Below are positions 1 to 13,160 of a stretch of DNA of 64,000 bases, in pieces. Numbering within the stretch: the first letter of the stretch is position 1; each line of letters begins with the position of its first letter. The stretch covers positions 864,001-928,000 of the forward strand of contig OZ251539.1 of the NCBI GenBank assembly GCA_965243135.1, in the 5' to 3' direction. A program made the position numbers and the translations under genes. The notes below the pieces were generated by a model. The model made no database searches, had not been told where the DNA came from, and worked only from the letters and a program-made list of their open reading frames with translations. This stretch comes from Alphaproteobacteria bacterium. Lineage in GTDB: Bacteria; Pseudomonadota; Alphaproteobacteria; MPNO01; UBA830.

Positions 1-1482
1 CGCATCGACGCCGCGCGCCTCGAGTCTGCGCGCGAGATCGACGGTCAAATCGAAATCCGAGCGCGCTTCGCCCTCGGGCGTCTTCACCGGGGCGGTATAG
101 CTGACGATCCGCGCCGAAGGATCGAGCGAGATTTCCTCCTCTTCCAGCCCGGTCGTCTTGGGCAGCACGAGGTCGGCGAGTTCGGCCGTGGGCGTCATCG
201 TGTGCGTTGCGACGGCGAGAAAATCGAGGGACTCGAGCGCCGCCATGACCTTGCGCGCATCGGGATAGGTAACGGCGATATTCACGCCCGAGACATACAT
301 GGCGCGGACAGGATACGGCCTTCCGGTCAGGATCGCGTCGAGCGCGGTCGGATTATGGGCCGACGTCTGCCAGCCCCGGGCTCCCGCCCACAACGGAAAC
401 CTGTCGGCGCCGAGCGCGCGCCGCGAGACTTCGGGCGGCAACGCGAAGGCGGGATCGTGGAGGAGGTCGATGTAGTTGCGGAAACCGCTCGGACGCTTGA
501 CGCGGAGATTGCCGCCGCGGCGGTCGACGTTGCCGGTGATGGCGGTCAGGCAATGGAAAGCGCGAAACGTCTGCACGCCGTTGGAAAACGCGTCGATGCC
601 GTGGCCGGAGACGAAGCAGGACGGGCCGTCCGCGTACATGCGCGCCGCCGAAGCGATAAGGTCGGCGGGCACGCCGGAGAGCGCGGCCGCGCGGGCGGGC
701 GGGAATTCCGCGGCGCGCGCCGCGAGAGCGTCGAAACCGTGCGTCCACTTCTCGACGAAGTCTCGATCATGGAGTCGCTCTTCGACGATAACGTGGATCA
801 TTGCGAGGCCGACGGCGGCGTCCGTGCCGGGCCGGGGCCTGAGCCAGAGATCCGCGATACGGGCCGCCGGCGTGCGCGCGGTATCGATGACGATGATCCG
901 GGCGCCGTTCTTTCTCGCGCGCTTCAGCGCCATCCATTGCACCGGATCGGCGGCGGACGGATTGCGGCCGACCAACAGGGCGCAGCGGGTATTCTCCACG
1001 TCCTCGCCGCCGACGATGCCAAGGCCCGTAACCTTGTCCGACAGCGCCCGGCAACCGCCGCACAGGTCCTGGTTCATCATCCAGTTGGGCGACCCGAGGG
1101 CGCGCATGAGCAGCGCGACCATGGCGCCGCGGCTGAAGAACGCGCTCGAAACCGCCCCCACCAACGCCTCCGCGCCGTATTCGGCGCGGACAGCGAGCAA
1201 CCGGTCCGCCATTTCGTCGAGCGCGTCGTCCCAGGAGATCTCCGACCAGGCGCCGGAGCCGCGCGAGCCCGCGCGCCGCAGCGGGCGGAGGACGCGGCTG
1301 GTCCCGTAGGTCAGTTCGGGCAATCCGCGGATGCCCTTGACGCAGAACGCTCCCTTGGATCCCGGATGGTCTTGATTGGGGCCGATCTTGGAGACGCGCC
1401 CGTCCTCGATCGTTATCAGGGAGCCGCAGCGGGTGCTGCATTCCCAGCATGTGCTCGGATAGGTACCGTCCGGGTAGGTCAT
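1..1482 (-). CDS. Molybdopterin oxidoreductase, DMSO reductase superfamily (3' end runs off the window)
   Basis: Translated by hand; not in the ORF track because it has no stop. ATG at 1482 gives MTYPDGTYPSTCWECSTRCG...GAFCVKG ([4Fe-4S] CxxCxxxC...C), then ISWDDAL, RPGTDAA and TPTAELADLVLP. Confidence 0.88.
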   Translation of the reverse strand, partial: MTYPDGTYPSTCWECSTRCGSLITIEDGRVSKIGPNQDHPGSKGAFCVKGIRGLPELTYGTSRVLRPLRRAGSRGSGAWSEISWDDALDEMADRLLAVRAEYGAEALVGAVSSAFFSRGAMVALLMRALGSPNWMMNQDLCGGCRALSDKVTGLGIVGGEDVENTRCALLVGRNPSAADPVQWMALKRARKNGARIIVIDTARTPAARIADLWLRPRPGTDAAVGLAMIHVIVEERLHDRDFVEKWTHGFDALAARAAEFPPARAAALSGVPADLIASAARMYADGPSCFVSGHGIDAFSNGVQTFRAFHCLTAITGNVDRRGGNLRVKRPSGFRNYIDLLHDPAFALPPEVSRRALGADRFPLWAGARGWQTSAHNPTALDAILTGRPYPVRAMYVSGVNIAVTYPDARKVMAALESLDFLAVATHTMTPTAELADLVLPKTTGLEEEEISLDPSARIVSYTAPVKTPEGEARSDFDLTVDLARRLEARGVDA

Positions 1483-1599
1483 AAAGCGCAGTGTAGCCGA
1501 CGGAGGCCGGGAAGAGAAGATGCGCTTCGCGGCGGCGGAGAGAAGGAATTTTCGACAACGGAAGCCGGTCCCGCAAGCCGCCGAAAAACCGGTCGCGCG

Positions 1600-2361
1600 T
1601 TACGGACCGCTTTCCAGGAAGGCGCCCACGAGCAGGCGGATCGCCAACAGGCAGAGCAGGACCTTAAAGACGGTCCGGAACGCGCGTTCCGGGATTCGGT
1701 CTAGCGCGTTGCGGCCGATCCAGTTGCCGAGCGCCGTGCCCGCGATCATCAGCGCGATCAGCGGAGCATAGGCGCCGACGGCGATTCCGACGAACCCGTA
1801 AGCGATCAGCTTGGCGACGTGGGCGATCGCCATCAGAGTCGACATCGTGGAGACGTGAACGTGGCGGTCGGCGCTGGCATGGGCGACGAACGGCGACAGA
1901 AACGTTCCCGTGGCGCTGACGAATATCCCGATGAAAGTGGTCAGGGCGCCGATCGCGGCGAAGCGCGGCCGCTCCGGCCCGCCGAGCGCGAGTCTCGGCA
2001 TCCATAGAACGGCAAGAATGAAGGCGCCGAGAAGCGCCTGCAGCGTTGCCGCCGACAGGGCGACGAAAACGTGCGCGCCCGCGATGGCCCCGGCTGCGGA
2101 ACCGAGGGCGAACGGCGCGATCAGCTCCTTTTTGACGTAGCGCCACATAAGGAAAGTTCGGCTTGAGCCGGCTCCGAGCTGAACGATGGTATGAACGGGA
2201 ATCAATGCGGTCAGCGGCAGGAAGAAGGTCATGATGGCGAGGAGCAACAGGCCTCCCGCCGTCCCGGTCACGGTGCCGATGAACGTCGTGAGAACCGCTG
2301 CGGCGCATAGCGCGACCGTGTCCCACAGCCCCACGTCGGGCACGCCAAGAAAGTCGGTCAT
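1600..2361 (-). CDS. Sulfite exporter TauE/SafE family membrane protein
   Basis: Hydrophobic 253-aa protein with GTAGGLLL and SATGTFLSPF; start at MTDFLG. Confidence 0.8.
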   Translation of the reverse strand: MTDFLGVPDVGLWDTVALCAAAVLTTFIGTVTGTAGGLLLLAIMTFFLPLTALIPVHTIVQLGAGSSRTFLMWRYVKKELIAPFALGSAAGAIAGAHVFVALSAATLQALLGAFILAVLWMPRLALGGPERPRFAAIGALTTFIGIFVSATGTFLSPFVAHASADRHVHVSTMSTLMAIAHVAKLIAYGFVGIAVGAYAPLIALMIAGTALGNWIGRNALDRIPERAFRTVFKVLLCLLAIRLLVGAFLESGP

Positions 2362-2484
2362 ACGCGCGATTCCAGGCGGAGCGTTCGCATAACGGCGACC
2401 CCGCGGCCGCAGGCGTTCCGGCGCCCAAGGCGCCGTTCCGCGCAGGTCGCAGCGGTTCTCCGTCGCGCCGCTCGGCGGACAAGG

Positions 2485-2558
2485 TGGCTGGGGAACCTGG
2501 ATTCGAACCAGGACCAAGCGGGTCAGAGCCGCCCGTTCTACCGTTAAACTATTCCCCA
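2485..2558 (-). tRNA. tRNA-Gln (anticodon CUG)
   Basis: Reverse complement TGGGGAATAGTTTAACGGTAGAACGGGCGGCTCTGACCCGCTTGGTCCTGGTTCGAATCCAGGTTCCCCAGCCA: cloverleaf, GTTCGAAT T-loop, encoded CCA. Confidence 0.95.
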
Positions 2559-2921
2559 GAAGCGGAGCCGAACCAGCCTGCGACGCGCATCATATAGCAT
2601 GCGGCCGCCAGGGAACAAGGCCGTTCGAAAACGACCGCGGTTCGCAGCTTGGGGATGCGGCACTGCGGGGGTCTCCGCCATCGCCTTGTCCGGCGCCCGG
2701 CGACGGTTATGTCGCGGCAGGCCGGGCGGAGTTCAGGCCGGAGGCAGCGGGCCGGCAGTGAAGGTTTGACCCGGAACGGTGGGTTGTCGCCGAGCTTGTC
2801 GGGCGCCGCGGGCTCGCGGAACGCGCTTTGCGCGCGCGGCCGTGAGGCGGCGGCGGTTGGTATTGCCGGCGGATGCTGTATTTTTCGCCGATCGGGAGAA
2901 GGGCAAGAGGAGGAACGGAGC

Positions 2922-3928
2922 GTGTCGGCGAAGCCCTCAAGGAATCGCCGTTTTCGTCGGCGTCATGAACGGCTCGCCGCCGTAGACCTCGGAACCAACA
3001 ACTGCAGGCTGCTGATCGCTCAACGCGTCCGCCACGGATTCGAGGTAATCGACAGCTATTCGCGGATCGTTCGCCTGGGACAGGGAGTGAGCGAAGCGGG
3101 CGAGTTGTCGGAAGAGGCCATCTCGCGCACGATAGACGCGCTCGGCGCCTGCGCCAGCAAGATGCGGCGGCAGCGCGTATCGAGGTACAGGGGCGTGGCT
3201 ACCGAAGCGGCTCGGGCGGCGCGCAACCGGGACGATTTCGTCGCCCGGGTCCGCCGGGAGACCGGAATCAGACTCGAGATCATTTCCTCGAAGGAAGAAG
3301 CGGAACTGACGCTGACGGGTTGCCGTTCGCTTCTCGACGCCGGCCGCGGCCACGCCCTGATGTTCGACGTCGGAGGCGGCAGCGCGGAATTCGTATGGGC
3401 CCGGACGGCCGGCGGCGTTTCGATCGAGGGCTGGACGTCGCTGCCCTGCGGCGTGGTCACGCTGACGGAAAAACTCGGCGGGAGCGATTTCACCCAGAGG
3501 GAATACGATGCGGTCGTGCGGCACGTCATGGATCTGCTGCTGCCTTTCGACCTCGAGTTCGGGATTTCGCAAAGGATTCGGGAGGGCGGCGTTCAGATGC
3601 TGGGCACCGCCGGCGCCGTGACGACCGTCGCCGCCGTAAGCATGTCGCTTCCGTCCTACAAGCGCTCGCGGGTCGACGGGTCCCTGCTTGAATTCGACGC
3701 GGCGCGAAAGGTCAGCCGCGAACTCGCCGCCAACAACTACGCCGAGCGCGTCGCCAACCCCTGCATCGGCCGCAGCCGGGCCGACCTCGTCGTCGCGGGA
3801 TGCGCCGTTCTCGAAGCCGTATTTCGCACCTGGCCCGTCGGGCGGCTGCGGGTGGCGGACAGGGGGTTGAGGGAAGGGATCCTGAACGTCCTGGCCTCGT
3901 CCGGGTCCGGAATCCGGGAGGAACGGTT

Positions 3929-3932
<4 letters not shown>
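2922..3932 (+). CDS. ppx: Ppx/GppA exopolyphosphatase
   Basis: AAVDLGTNNCRLLI, DVGGGSAE and ADRGLREG motifs; GTG start after GAGGAGGA. Confidence 0.92.
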
Positions 3933-6143
<2,211 letters not shown>

Positions 6144-6147
6144 TTTC

Positions 6148-6693
6148 TTGACGGATTCGTCGCTGCAGGCGGACATTCGCGCCGCGAGGATCGAGGACGC
6201 CTCCTCCATCGCCGCCGTGCAGGCGGACAGCTGGCGTTCGACCTATGCCGGAATCCTGCCGGAAGATGCGCTGCTCGGCGAGACGCTTGGAGATTCGCGC
6301 CGGTGGCGGCAGGCGCTGAGCCGTTTCCGGCGCGACCGGTTCGTCTACGTGGCGGAGGATGGGCGCGGCGAAGTCGTGGGGTATGCAAGCGCCGGAGCTT
6401 CGAGGTGTCCGGCGTTGCCGTACCGCGCCGAGGTCTACGCGCTCTATCTGCGGGACGAGTATCACGGCCGCGGCATCGGACGCGAACTTTTCGCCACGGC
6501 GGCGGTCGAAGCCGGGAAAGCGCACGGGCCGTCCCTGCTCGTATGGTGCCTCGACGCCAACCCCTCGCGCTTTTTCTACGAACGCATGAACGGGGTGCTG
6601 GCCGCGCGCCGGCCGAGCGGCGGCGCGAGGTTCGAGGAATTGGGCTACGCATGGAACGACGTTGCGGCGCTGGCCCCTTGGTCGCGCGCATGA
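6148..6693 (+). CDS. GNAT family N-acetyltransferase
   Basis: [24 protein letters not shown] (motif A) and [10 protein letters not shown]. Confidence 0.82.
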   Translation: MTDSSLQADIRAARIEDASSIAAVQADSWRSTYAGILPEDALLGETLGDSRRWRQALSRFRRDRFVYVAEDGRGEVVGYASAGASRCPALPYRAEVYALYLRDEYHGRGIGRELFATAAVEAGKAHGPSLLVWCLDANPSRFFYERMNGVLAARRPSGGARFEELGYAWNDVAALAPWSRA

Positions 6694-6706
6694 CCGCCGC
6701 CGGTGG

Positions 6707-8281
6707 ATGCGTTCCCTGAAAAGCGTTCCGGAGGCTGACTGCGTCCTGATCGTCGATTTCGGATCGCAGGTCACCCAGCTAATCGCCCGCCGGGTTCGCG
6801 AGATCGGCGTCTATTGCGAGATCCATCCGTTCAGCCGCGTCACCGCCCGAACGCTCCGCGACCTCGCCCCCCGAGGGATCGTTCTTTCCGGCGGCCCGGC
6901 GTCGGTCGTCGACGCCGCTCCGCCGCGCGCGCCGCGCGCCGTGTTCGATGCGGGCGTGCCCGTTCTCGGCATCTGTTACGGACAACAGACCATGGTCGAG
7001 CAACTCGGCGGAAAGGTGTTCAGAGCCGACCGGCGCGGCTTCGGCCGCGCGACTTTGCGGGTGGTCGACGATTGCGCTCTGTTCGACGGCGTCTGGAGCA
7101 AGGGCGCGGAAGAGCAGGTGTGGATGAGCCACGGCGACCGGGTCGAGGCTCTGCCCGACGGGTTTCGCGTCGTCGGGGCGAGCGAAAGCGCGCCCTTCGC
7201 CGCGATCGCCGACGACGAACGGCGATTCTACGCGGTGCAGTTTCACCCCGAGGTGGTCCATACGCCGCGCGGCGCGGAGCTTCTCGAGAATTTCGCGTTG
7301 CGCTGCGCCGGTTGCCGCGGCGACTGGACGATGGCGGCGTTCCGGGATCGGGAGATCGCCAAGATCAGGGAGCAAGTAGGCCGGGGCAGGGTTATTTGCG
7401 GCCTGTCCGGCGGCGTGGATTCCGCCGTCGCCGCGCTCCTGCTGCATGAAGCGGTCGGCGACCGGCTTATCTGCGTCTTCGTCGACACGGGCATGATGCG
7501 GCTCGGCGAAGCCGAAGAAGTCGTCGGCCTGTTTCGCGGTCACTACAACATACCGCTGGTTCATCGCGACGCGTCCGGCCTTTTCCTGGACAGGCTGTCC
7601 GGCGCGACCGATCCCGAACGCAAGCGCAAGATCATCGGCGAGACGTTCGTCGGCGTTTTCGAGGAGGAGGCGGAAAAGGCCGGCGGCGCGGATTTTCTGG
7701 CCCAGGGAACGCTCTATCCCGACGTGATCGAGTCGGTTTCGTTTCACGGCGGTCCCAGCGCGACGATCAAGTCGCATCACAATGTCGGAGGGCTGCCGGA
7801 GAGGATGAACATGGCGCTCGTCGAGCCGTTGCGCGAACTTTTCAAGGACGAGGTCCGGCGGCTCGGTCGCGAACTCGGCCTTTCGGAGCGTTTCGTCGAC
7901 CGCCATCCGTTTCCCGGGCCGGGACTCGCCGTGCGCATTCCCGGCGAGGTCACCCGGGACAAGCTCGACATTCTGCGGCGGGCGGACGCGATCTATCTCG
8001 AGGAGATCCGGAAGGCAGGCCTTTACGGCGACATATGGCAGGCCTTCGCCGTATTGCTGCCGGTGCAGACGGTCGGCGTGATGGGAGACGCCCGAACCTA
8101 CGACTACGCCTGCTCGCTCCGGGCGGTGACCTCGACGGACGGGATGACGGCGGACTTCTATCCCTTCGATGCGGCGTTTCTGGGACGCGCCGCCAACCGC
8201 ATCGTAAACGAGGTGCGCGGCATCAACAGGGTTCTTTACGACGTGACGTCCAAGCCGCCGGCGACCATCGAATGGGAGTAG
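6707..8281 (+). CDS. guaA: GMP synthase (glutamine-hydrolysing)
   Basis: [30 protein letters not shown] and KPPATIEWE. Confidence 0.97.
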   Translation: MRSLKSVPEADCVLIVDFGSQVTQLIARRVREIGVYCEIHPFSRVTARTLRDLAPRGIVLSGGPASVVDAAPPRAPRAVFDAGVPVLGICYGQQTMVEQLGGKVFRADRRGFGRATLRVVDDCALFDGVWSKGAEEQVWMSHGDRVEALPDGFRVVGASESAPFAAIADDERRFYAVQFHPEVVHTPRGAELLENFALRCAGCRGDWTMAAFRDREIAKIREQVGRGRVICGLSGGVDSAVAALLLHEAVGDRLICVFVDTGMMRLGEAEEVVGLFRGHYNIPLVHRDASGLFLDRLSGATDPERKRKIIGETFVGVFEEEAEKAGGADFLAQGTLYPDVIESVSFHGGPSATIKSHHNVGGLPERMNMALVEPLRELFKDEVRRLGRELGLSERFVDRHPFPGPGLAVRIPGEVTRDKLDILRRADAIYLEEIRKAGLYGDIWQAFAVLLPVQTVGVMGDARTYDYACSLRAVTSTDGMTADFYPFDAAFLGRAANRIVNEVRGINRVLYDVTSKPPATIEWE

Positions 8282-8565
8282 CCGTCGCCCCGGAGCCGCG
8301 CGGGGACAGGGGGTCTGGGTCGAACTCGCGAGGGGCGCAGCGCGCCCGCGGTTTTCCGCGTGCGCCGGTCGGGACGGCCGAAGTCAGGCAGAAATGCTTG
8401 CCGCCATGCGCCAGCCGTCAAGCGACGTCGGCGGCCCTGTTCCGAGGTTTCGGGAGGCCGGTTCGCCGCGAAACGCATAACTCGGCCATCGTGCGTTCGG
8501 CTCGAAAACGCGGCGACCCGCTCGGGATGCGGGGGCCGGCGCGACATGCGGGCGACGAGCCGTTC

Positions 8566-8880
8566 CTACCGCTCCACCAATACTACGTAATTCCGTTCGA
8601 TCTCGCGGCGGAAACGGTCCGGCAAGACAGCCCAGTCGCGGACTTCGATCAGAAAAGGAATGGTCGTTTCTCTCAGCGCCTCGCGGAATTCGGTCAGACG
8701 ATCGGTCTCGATCTTCCAAAGGCCCGGCCCGCGCAAAACCAGATCCAGATCGCTGCCGTCATGGCTGCGGCCGTTCACGCGGCTGCCGAACGCCCAGACT
8801 TCGACGCCGGGCAGATGCCGATGCAACAGAGCCTCGAGCGTTTCGCGATGTCTGCGGGGGAGGTGGAGCGGTTCAGGCAT
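8566..8880 (-). CDS. Minimal nucleotidyltransferase (MNT) antitoxin
   Basis: 104 aa; FGSRVNGRSHDGSDLDL matches GSx10DxD; overlaps the HEPN gene. Confidence 0.88.
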   Translation of the reverse strand: MPEPLHLPRRHRETLEALLHRHLPGVEVWAFGSRVNGRSHDGSDLDLVLRGPGLWKIETDRLTEFREALRETTIPFLIEVRDWAVLPDRFRREIERNYVVLVER

Positions 8881-9301
8881 CGCCGCCGTTTTCGATCGTT
8901 TCCGCCAGCGTTCTGGCGTCGGCCAGGAAAGCCGGCAACAGTTTCAAGGTCGTCTCGGCGAATGTCTCGCCGTAGTCATGCGCCGTATCGTTACGATTGT
9001 CGCGGTAATGCAACCAGCGTTCGCACGCCTGCGTATCGATCAGACCATGTTTTGCGGCGTGCCGGAAGACATCCTTGAACGCGAGCCGGTCAACCTGGAG
9101 ATTGCTGGCGAACCAGGGACGCAGGCGTTTCCTCAGCAGTTTGCCGCTTTGCTCCAGAATCAGTTCGAACTCCTTGACGCAGGCCGCGCGGTAAATGTCG
9201 TAAGCGACGCTGTCCGGGCTATGGCGCGCGATTTCCTGGAGGGCGCTTTCGAGCGTGTCCAGGCAGCGCTTGAGAAAGGTTGCATCGATAGTCACGGGCA
9301 T
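8873..9301 (-). CDS. HEPN toxin, HI0074-like nucleotidyltransferase substrate-binding family
   Basis: ACVKEFELILEQ and RNDTAHDY (Rx4HxY); start at MPVTIDATFL. Confidence 0.86.
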   Translation of the reverse strand: MPVTIDATFLKRCLDTLESALQEIARHSPDSVAYDIYRAACVKEFELILEQSGKLLRKRLRPWFASNLQVDRLAFKDVFRHAAKHGLIDTQACERWLHYRDNRNDTAHDYGETFAETTLKLLPAFLADARTLAETIENGGDA

Positions 9302-10340
9302 CGTCTCGGGCCGCTCAGGTTCTCGGCGCTTTCCCGGTTCCGCGGAGCGACGCTCCCGCACGGCCGCGGCATCCGGGCAGGCGTTCGAAGGCGCCGGGAG
9401 GCGCCCCGCAGGCAGCTTCTCATATTTCTTTCCTTTCCGTGCAAAACGCTTTTCGGGAGAGGCGCAATGTCCTTTCGGGGTCCGGGCGGCCGGCCCTCGC
9501 CCGCAGGAACGGCGCATTCTCCACCGCTCTGCGGGTTGTCGGCATGGTAGCCATCCGTTCGGGGATCCTGTCAAATCCCGCGAAATCTCCCCAACCGGGG
9601 CGGGCTTTCCCAGGCGCGCCGCGACTGCGACCTCTCCGCCATTGGAAGCGTGGAGCGGGAGTTTCGGGCAAAGAGCGGAAGACCGGCGGAACGAAGCTGC
9701 CGTCGCAGCCCGAACCGCGACTGCGATCGCGCAAAGTACGGATGTTGTCGCGCCGGTTGGCGCGGTCGGACCCGGCTGCCGGAGACCGAAGTTGAGCCGT
9801 AGCGCGCGAGTCGACTCGTTCCCGGCGGCGCGGGGCGGCCCCGGACTCGCCTGCGCCGCTGGCCCTGGTCCAGTTCGCCGCCCGGCATGGACAGGGCAGC
9901 GCGACCCGAGACGGGAACCGCGGCGAGCGTCGCTCGGAGCCGAGAATGAACCGGCGGAGAACCTTCCGTTTCTTCGCAGGCGTTTCAGGCAAGCTCGGCC
10001 GGAGACGGCGACGGGCGGACATCCGCCGGTTTCAACGATTGGTTCCCGGGTTCGCGCAGCGCATTGCCGGCGGAAGGCGCGCCGGGAACGGGGGTCGGTC
10101 CGGGCCTGCGCCGTCTCGGCGTCAGCGCTTCGCGGTCGGCGTCCGGTCGCCGGGTCGAGGCGAACGGCCATGTTCCTGCGGCGCAGGGATGCGCGGCGGC
10201 GGACTTCGCGCAGATGGAGGGACCGGCGCGTCAGGTCGCCGGGGAAGCAGGTTGCGCTGCCTTTCGGCCGCGGCAAACGGATCGTTTGATCCCGCGCCCG
10301 GCCGGGTTATCATGAAGCGAAAAGGATAGGCAGGTTCCGA

Positions 10341-11561
10341 ATGGTCAAGGTCATCGTACAGTTCTATCCGGTCATTCGCGCGGAGAGCGCCGAGGAACGT
10401 CGGCAGCTTCGCCCTATCGGCCGCAACCGCGAGCGCTACCAGGAAGCGATGGCGGGAATGCCGGATATCGTCCGCGCAATGGACGAAGCGGGATGCTGGG
10501 GAATCTCGGTCATCGAGCATCACTTCCACTCGGAAGGCTACGAGGTCGGACCCTCCATCGGCATTCACAACGGCTACTGGGCGGCGCTGACGAACAGGTT
10601 GAACGTCGGCAGCCTCGGCTACGTGATGTCGGTGGACGATCCGATAAGGGTCGCCGAGGAAACCGCCATTCTCGACCACCTGACCCAGGGGCGCTGCTTC
10701 GTCGGCTTCGCCCGCGGCTACCAGTCGCGCTGGACCAACGTGCTGGGCCAGAAGATCGGCGGACGCGCGACCCTGTCCGACAAGAGCGCGGACGACGAGC
10801 GCAATCGCGACATTTTCGAGGAACAGGTCGGCATCGTTCTCAAGGCGTGGACCGAGGATTCCTTCGACTATAAGAGCGATCTCTGGGAATATCCCTATCC
10901 TCACGACAGCGGCGTCGAAGGCTGGTTCATGGGCGAATCGACCCGCCGGCTGGGCGCTCCCGGCGAGATGGACGAGAACGGCGCGCTGCGCAGGATCAGC
11001 GTCGTGCCGGCGCCCTACACGCGGCCCCATCCCAAGGTTTTCGTCGCTTCGAACGCGTCGATCGAAACGGTCGAATACGCCGGCCGGCACGGTTTCGTGC
11101 CGACCTACTTCTCCAGCATCGGCCGCTGCGCCCATTACGGGCCGCGCTATACCGAGATCGCCAACGCCCATGGCTTCGGCTTCGCGCCCGGCCAGAACCA
11201 GGCGATCGTGCGCTGGCCTCATATCGGCGCGACGCGAGAAGAGGGCGAGCGCCTCGCCCTCGACTGGTCGGGCGACATCTTCATGAATTTCTACGGACCG
11301 CTGTTCCCCGACTGGACGGAAAAGAAGGGCGGCGGGACGGATTCCGAAATACTGGATCTGATGAGCGAAACCGGAATGTTCCAGTTCGGCTCGGTTTCGG
11401 AAGTCCGCGACCACTACGTCGCGCAATGGAAGCAGTTGCCGGCGGAATACGTCACGCTGATCTATCACTACGCCCAGGCGCCGAAGGAGGCCGTGATCGG
11501 GAACATCCGCGTCTTCATGGAGGAGATCAAGCCGGCGCTCGACGAACTGACCGGGCCGTAG
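10341..11561 (+). CDS. LLM-class (luciferase-like) flavin-dependent monooxygenase
   Basis: EHHFHSEG, PIRVAEETAILDHLTQGR, GFARGY and PYTRPHPKV. Confidence 0.88.
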   Translation: MVKVIVQFYPVIRAESAEERRQLRPIGRNRERYQEAMAGMPDIVRAMDEAGCWGISVIEHHFHSEGYEVGPSIGIHNGYWAALTNRLNVGSLGYVMSVDDPIRVAEETAILDHLTQGRCFVGFARGYQSRWTNVLGQKIGGRATLSDKSADDERNRDIFEEQVGIVLKAWTEDSFDYKSDLWEYPYPHDSGVEGWFMGESTRRLGAPGEMDENGALRRISVVPAPYTRPHPKVFVASNASIETVEYAGRHGFVPTYFSSIGRCAHYGPRYTEIANAHGFGFAPGQNQAIVRWPHIGATREEGERLALDWSGDIFMNFYGPLFPDWTEKKGGGTDSEILDLMSETGMFQFGSVSEVRDHYVAQWKQLPAEYVTLIYHYAQAPKEAVIGNIRVFMEEIKPALDELTGP

Positions 11562-11667
11562 CCGGCGGTTCGCGCGCTCTCGACATTGCGCGCGAATGGC
11601 GGTTTACTGTCCGCGTTGCCGCAAGGGCGAACGGCTCGCGGCAAGAACGAAAAAAGGGGGAGACGAC

Positions 11668-13101
11668 ATGAACAAGTACATTGTCCTGGCGGCATGCCTG
11701 AGCGTTGCGGCGCCGGCCGTCGCGCAACAGGATCCGGTGGCCCAGCGCGCGGTGGACGGCGCCAAGGCCTACGTCGCGAAGAACAATCTCGAGAATCCCA
11801 AGCTCGACGTGCTGCTCAATTCGCTGTACCGGAACTCGTTTCCGGACTTCGCCGCCGAATGGAAGGAACTGACCGGCGTCGAAGTCGCTTCGGAGCCCCT
11901 CGGCTACACCGACATACCGAGCAAGGTGATGGGCGAATCCGTCGCCAAGACCGGCGCGTTCGACATCTTCAACGACTTTCCCTACACGCAGCCCGACGCG
12001 GCGAGCGCCGGGGTGCTGCGTCCGCTCGACGAGTACGCGGCGAAGTACAAGCCTGACTTCAGCGGCATTCCGGAGGCCTTCGTCGCGCAGCAGTACTACA
12101 ACGGCAAGCAGTACAGCTTCGTTCTCGACGGCGACCACATCATCCTCGTTTTGCGCAAGGACATCGTCGAAAATCCGAAGGCGCGCGCCGAGTTCAAGGC
12201 GGCGACCGGCAAGGAGCTGGGTTGTCCGGCGAACATGGCGGATTGGGAGGAACAGGCGAAGTTCTTCCATACCAAGGCCGGCCAGACGCGCTGGGGGATG
12301 ACCTTCGAGAAACCGCTCTACGGCGCCATGGGCTACCGCTCGGTGAATTTCTCGCACCGGCACTTTCCGGCGTATTTCGGGGGGTTGCTCTTCGACAAGG
12401 ACATGAAGCCGCGGATCAACACGCCGCAGGGCGTCAAGGCCGTCAAGGCGTTCGCCTCGATCGTCCGTTACATGCCGGAGGACATACAGGGCTGGGGCAC
12501 GCCGCAGATATACCCGTTCTGGGGCAGCGGACAGGCCTATTCCGTGATGTCGTTTCCTTCGATTTTCGGTTACGGCAACGCGAACCCGAAAAGCCTGGTC
12601 AAGAACAAGCAGCTTCCCTGCGTGATTCCCCAGGCGGCGGGCGCGCCGGTGCGCCGCGCGGCCGAGGCCGCGGGCACGAGCTACATGGTGAACGCCTACA
12701 GCGATCACCCGGAACTCGCCTACCTGTTCATCCAGTGGCTGACCAGCCCGTCGGTGGGAAATCGGGCGATCGCCCATCCCAAAGGCTTCTGGGATCCGTT
12801 CCGCAAGCAGAACCTGGGAGTGCCGGGCATCGTGAAGAAGTTTTCCAACGAGTTCCTCGAGACCACGATGGAGAACGCCCAGTACACCACGTCGCTGCTC
12901 TATATCGAGGGCCATTACGAGTACATGAAGATCCTCGACAACAATCTCGCCGCCGTGATGAACGGCAACGTCGCCGCGGAACAGGCGGCGGCGGCGATCG
13001 AGAAGGGCTGGAACGACGTGACGGAAGACATCGGGCGCGACAACCAGATCGAGGTCTGGCGCAAGGGCGTGGAGGCCGGTCTGTACGTTGACAGGTTGTA
13101 G
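11668..13101 (+). CDS. CUT1 ABC transporter periplasmic substrate-binding protein
   Basis: Signal peptide ending AVA-Q; DGDHIILVLRKD and AYLFIQWLTSP; first gene of the ABC cluster. Confidence 0.85.
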   Translation: MNKYIVLAACLSVAAPAVAQQDPVAQRAVDGAKAYVAKNNLENPKLDVLLNSLYRNSFPDFAAEWKELTGVEVASEPLGYTDIPSKVMGESVAKTGAFDIFNDFPYTQPDAASAGVLRPLDEYAAKYKPDFSGIPEAFVAQQYYNGKQYSFVLDGDHIILVLRKDIVENPKARAEFKAATGKELGCPANMADWEEQAKFFHTKAGQTRWGMTFEKPLYGAMGYRSVNFSHRHFPAYFGGLLFDKDMKPRINTPQGVKAVKAFASIVRYMPEDIQGWGTPQIYPFWGSGQAYSVMSFPSIFGYGNANPKSLVKNKQLPCVIPQAAGAPVRRAAEAAGTSYMVNAYSDHPELAYLFIQWLTSPSVGNRAIAHPKGFWDPFRKQNLGVPGIVKKFSNEFLETTMENAQYTTSLLYIEGHYEYMKILDNNLAAVMNGNVAAEQAAAAIEKGWNDVTEDIGRDNQIEVWRKGVEAGLYVDRL

Positions 13102-13160
13102 GGGCCTGCTCCGCGGCGCGGGCGCGCCTCCGGCGTTCCCGCGCCGCGGATAACGCCGTC

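Noticed and set aside
2485-2558. tRNA-Gln as an integration site
   Set aside because: No integrase and no duplicated tRNA 3' end noticed in the window.
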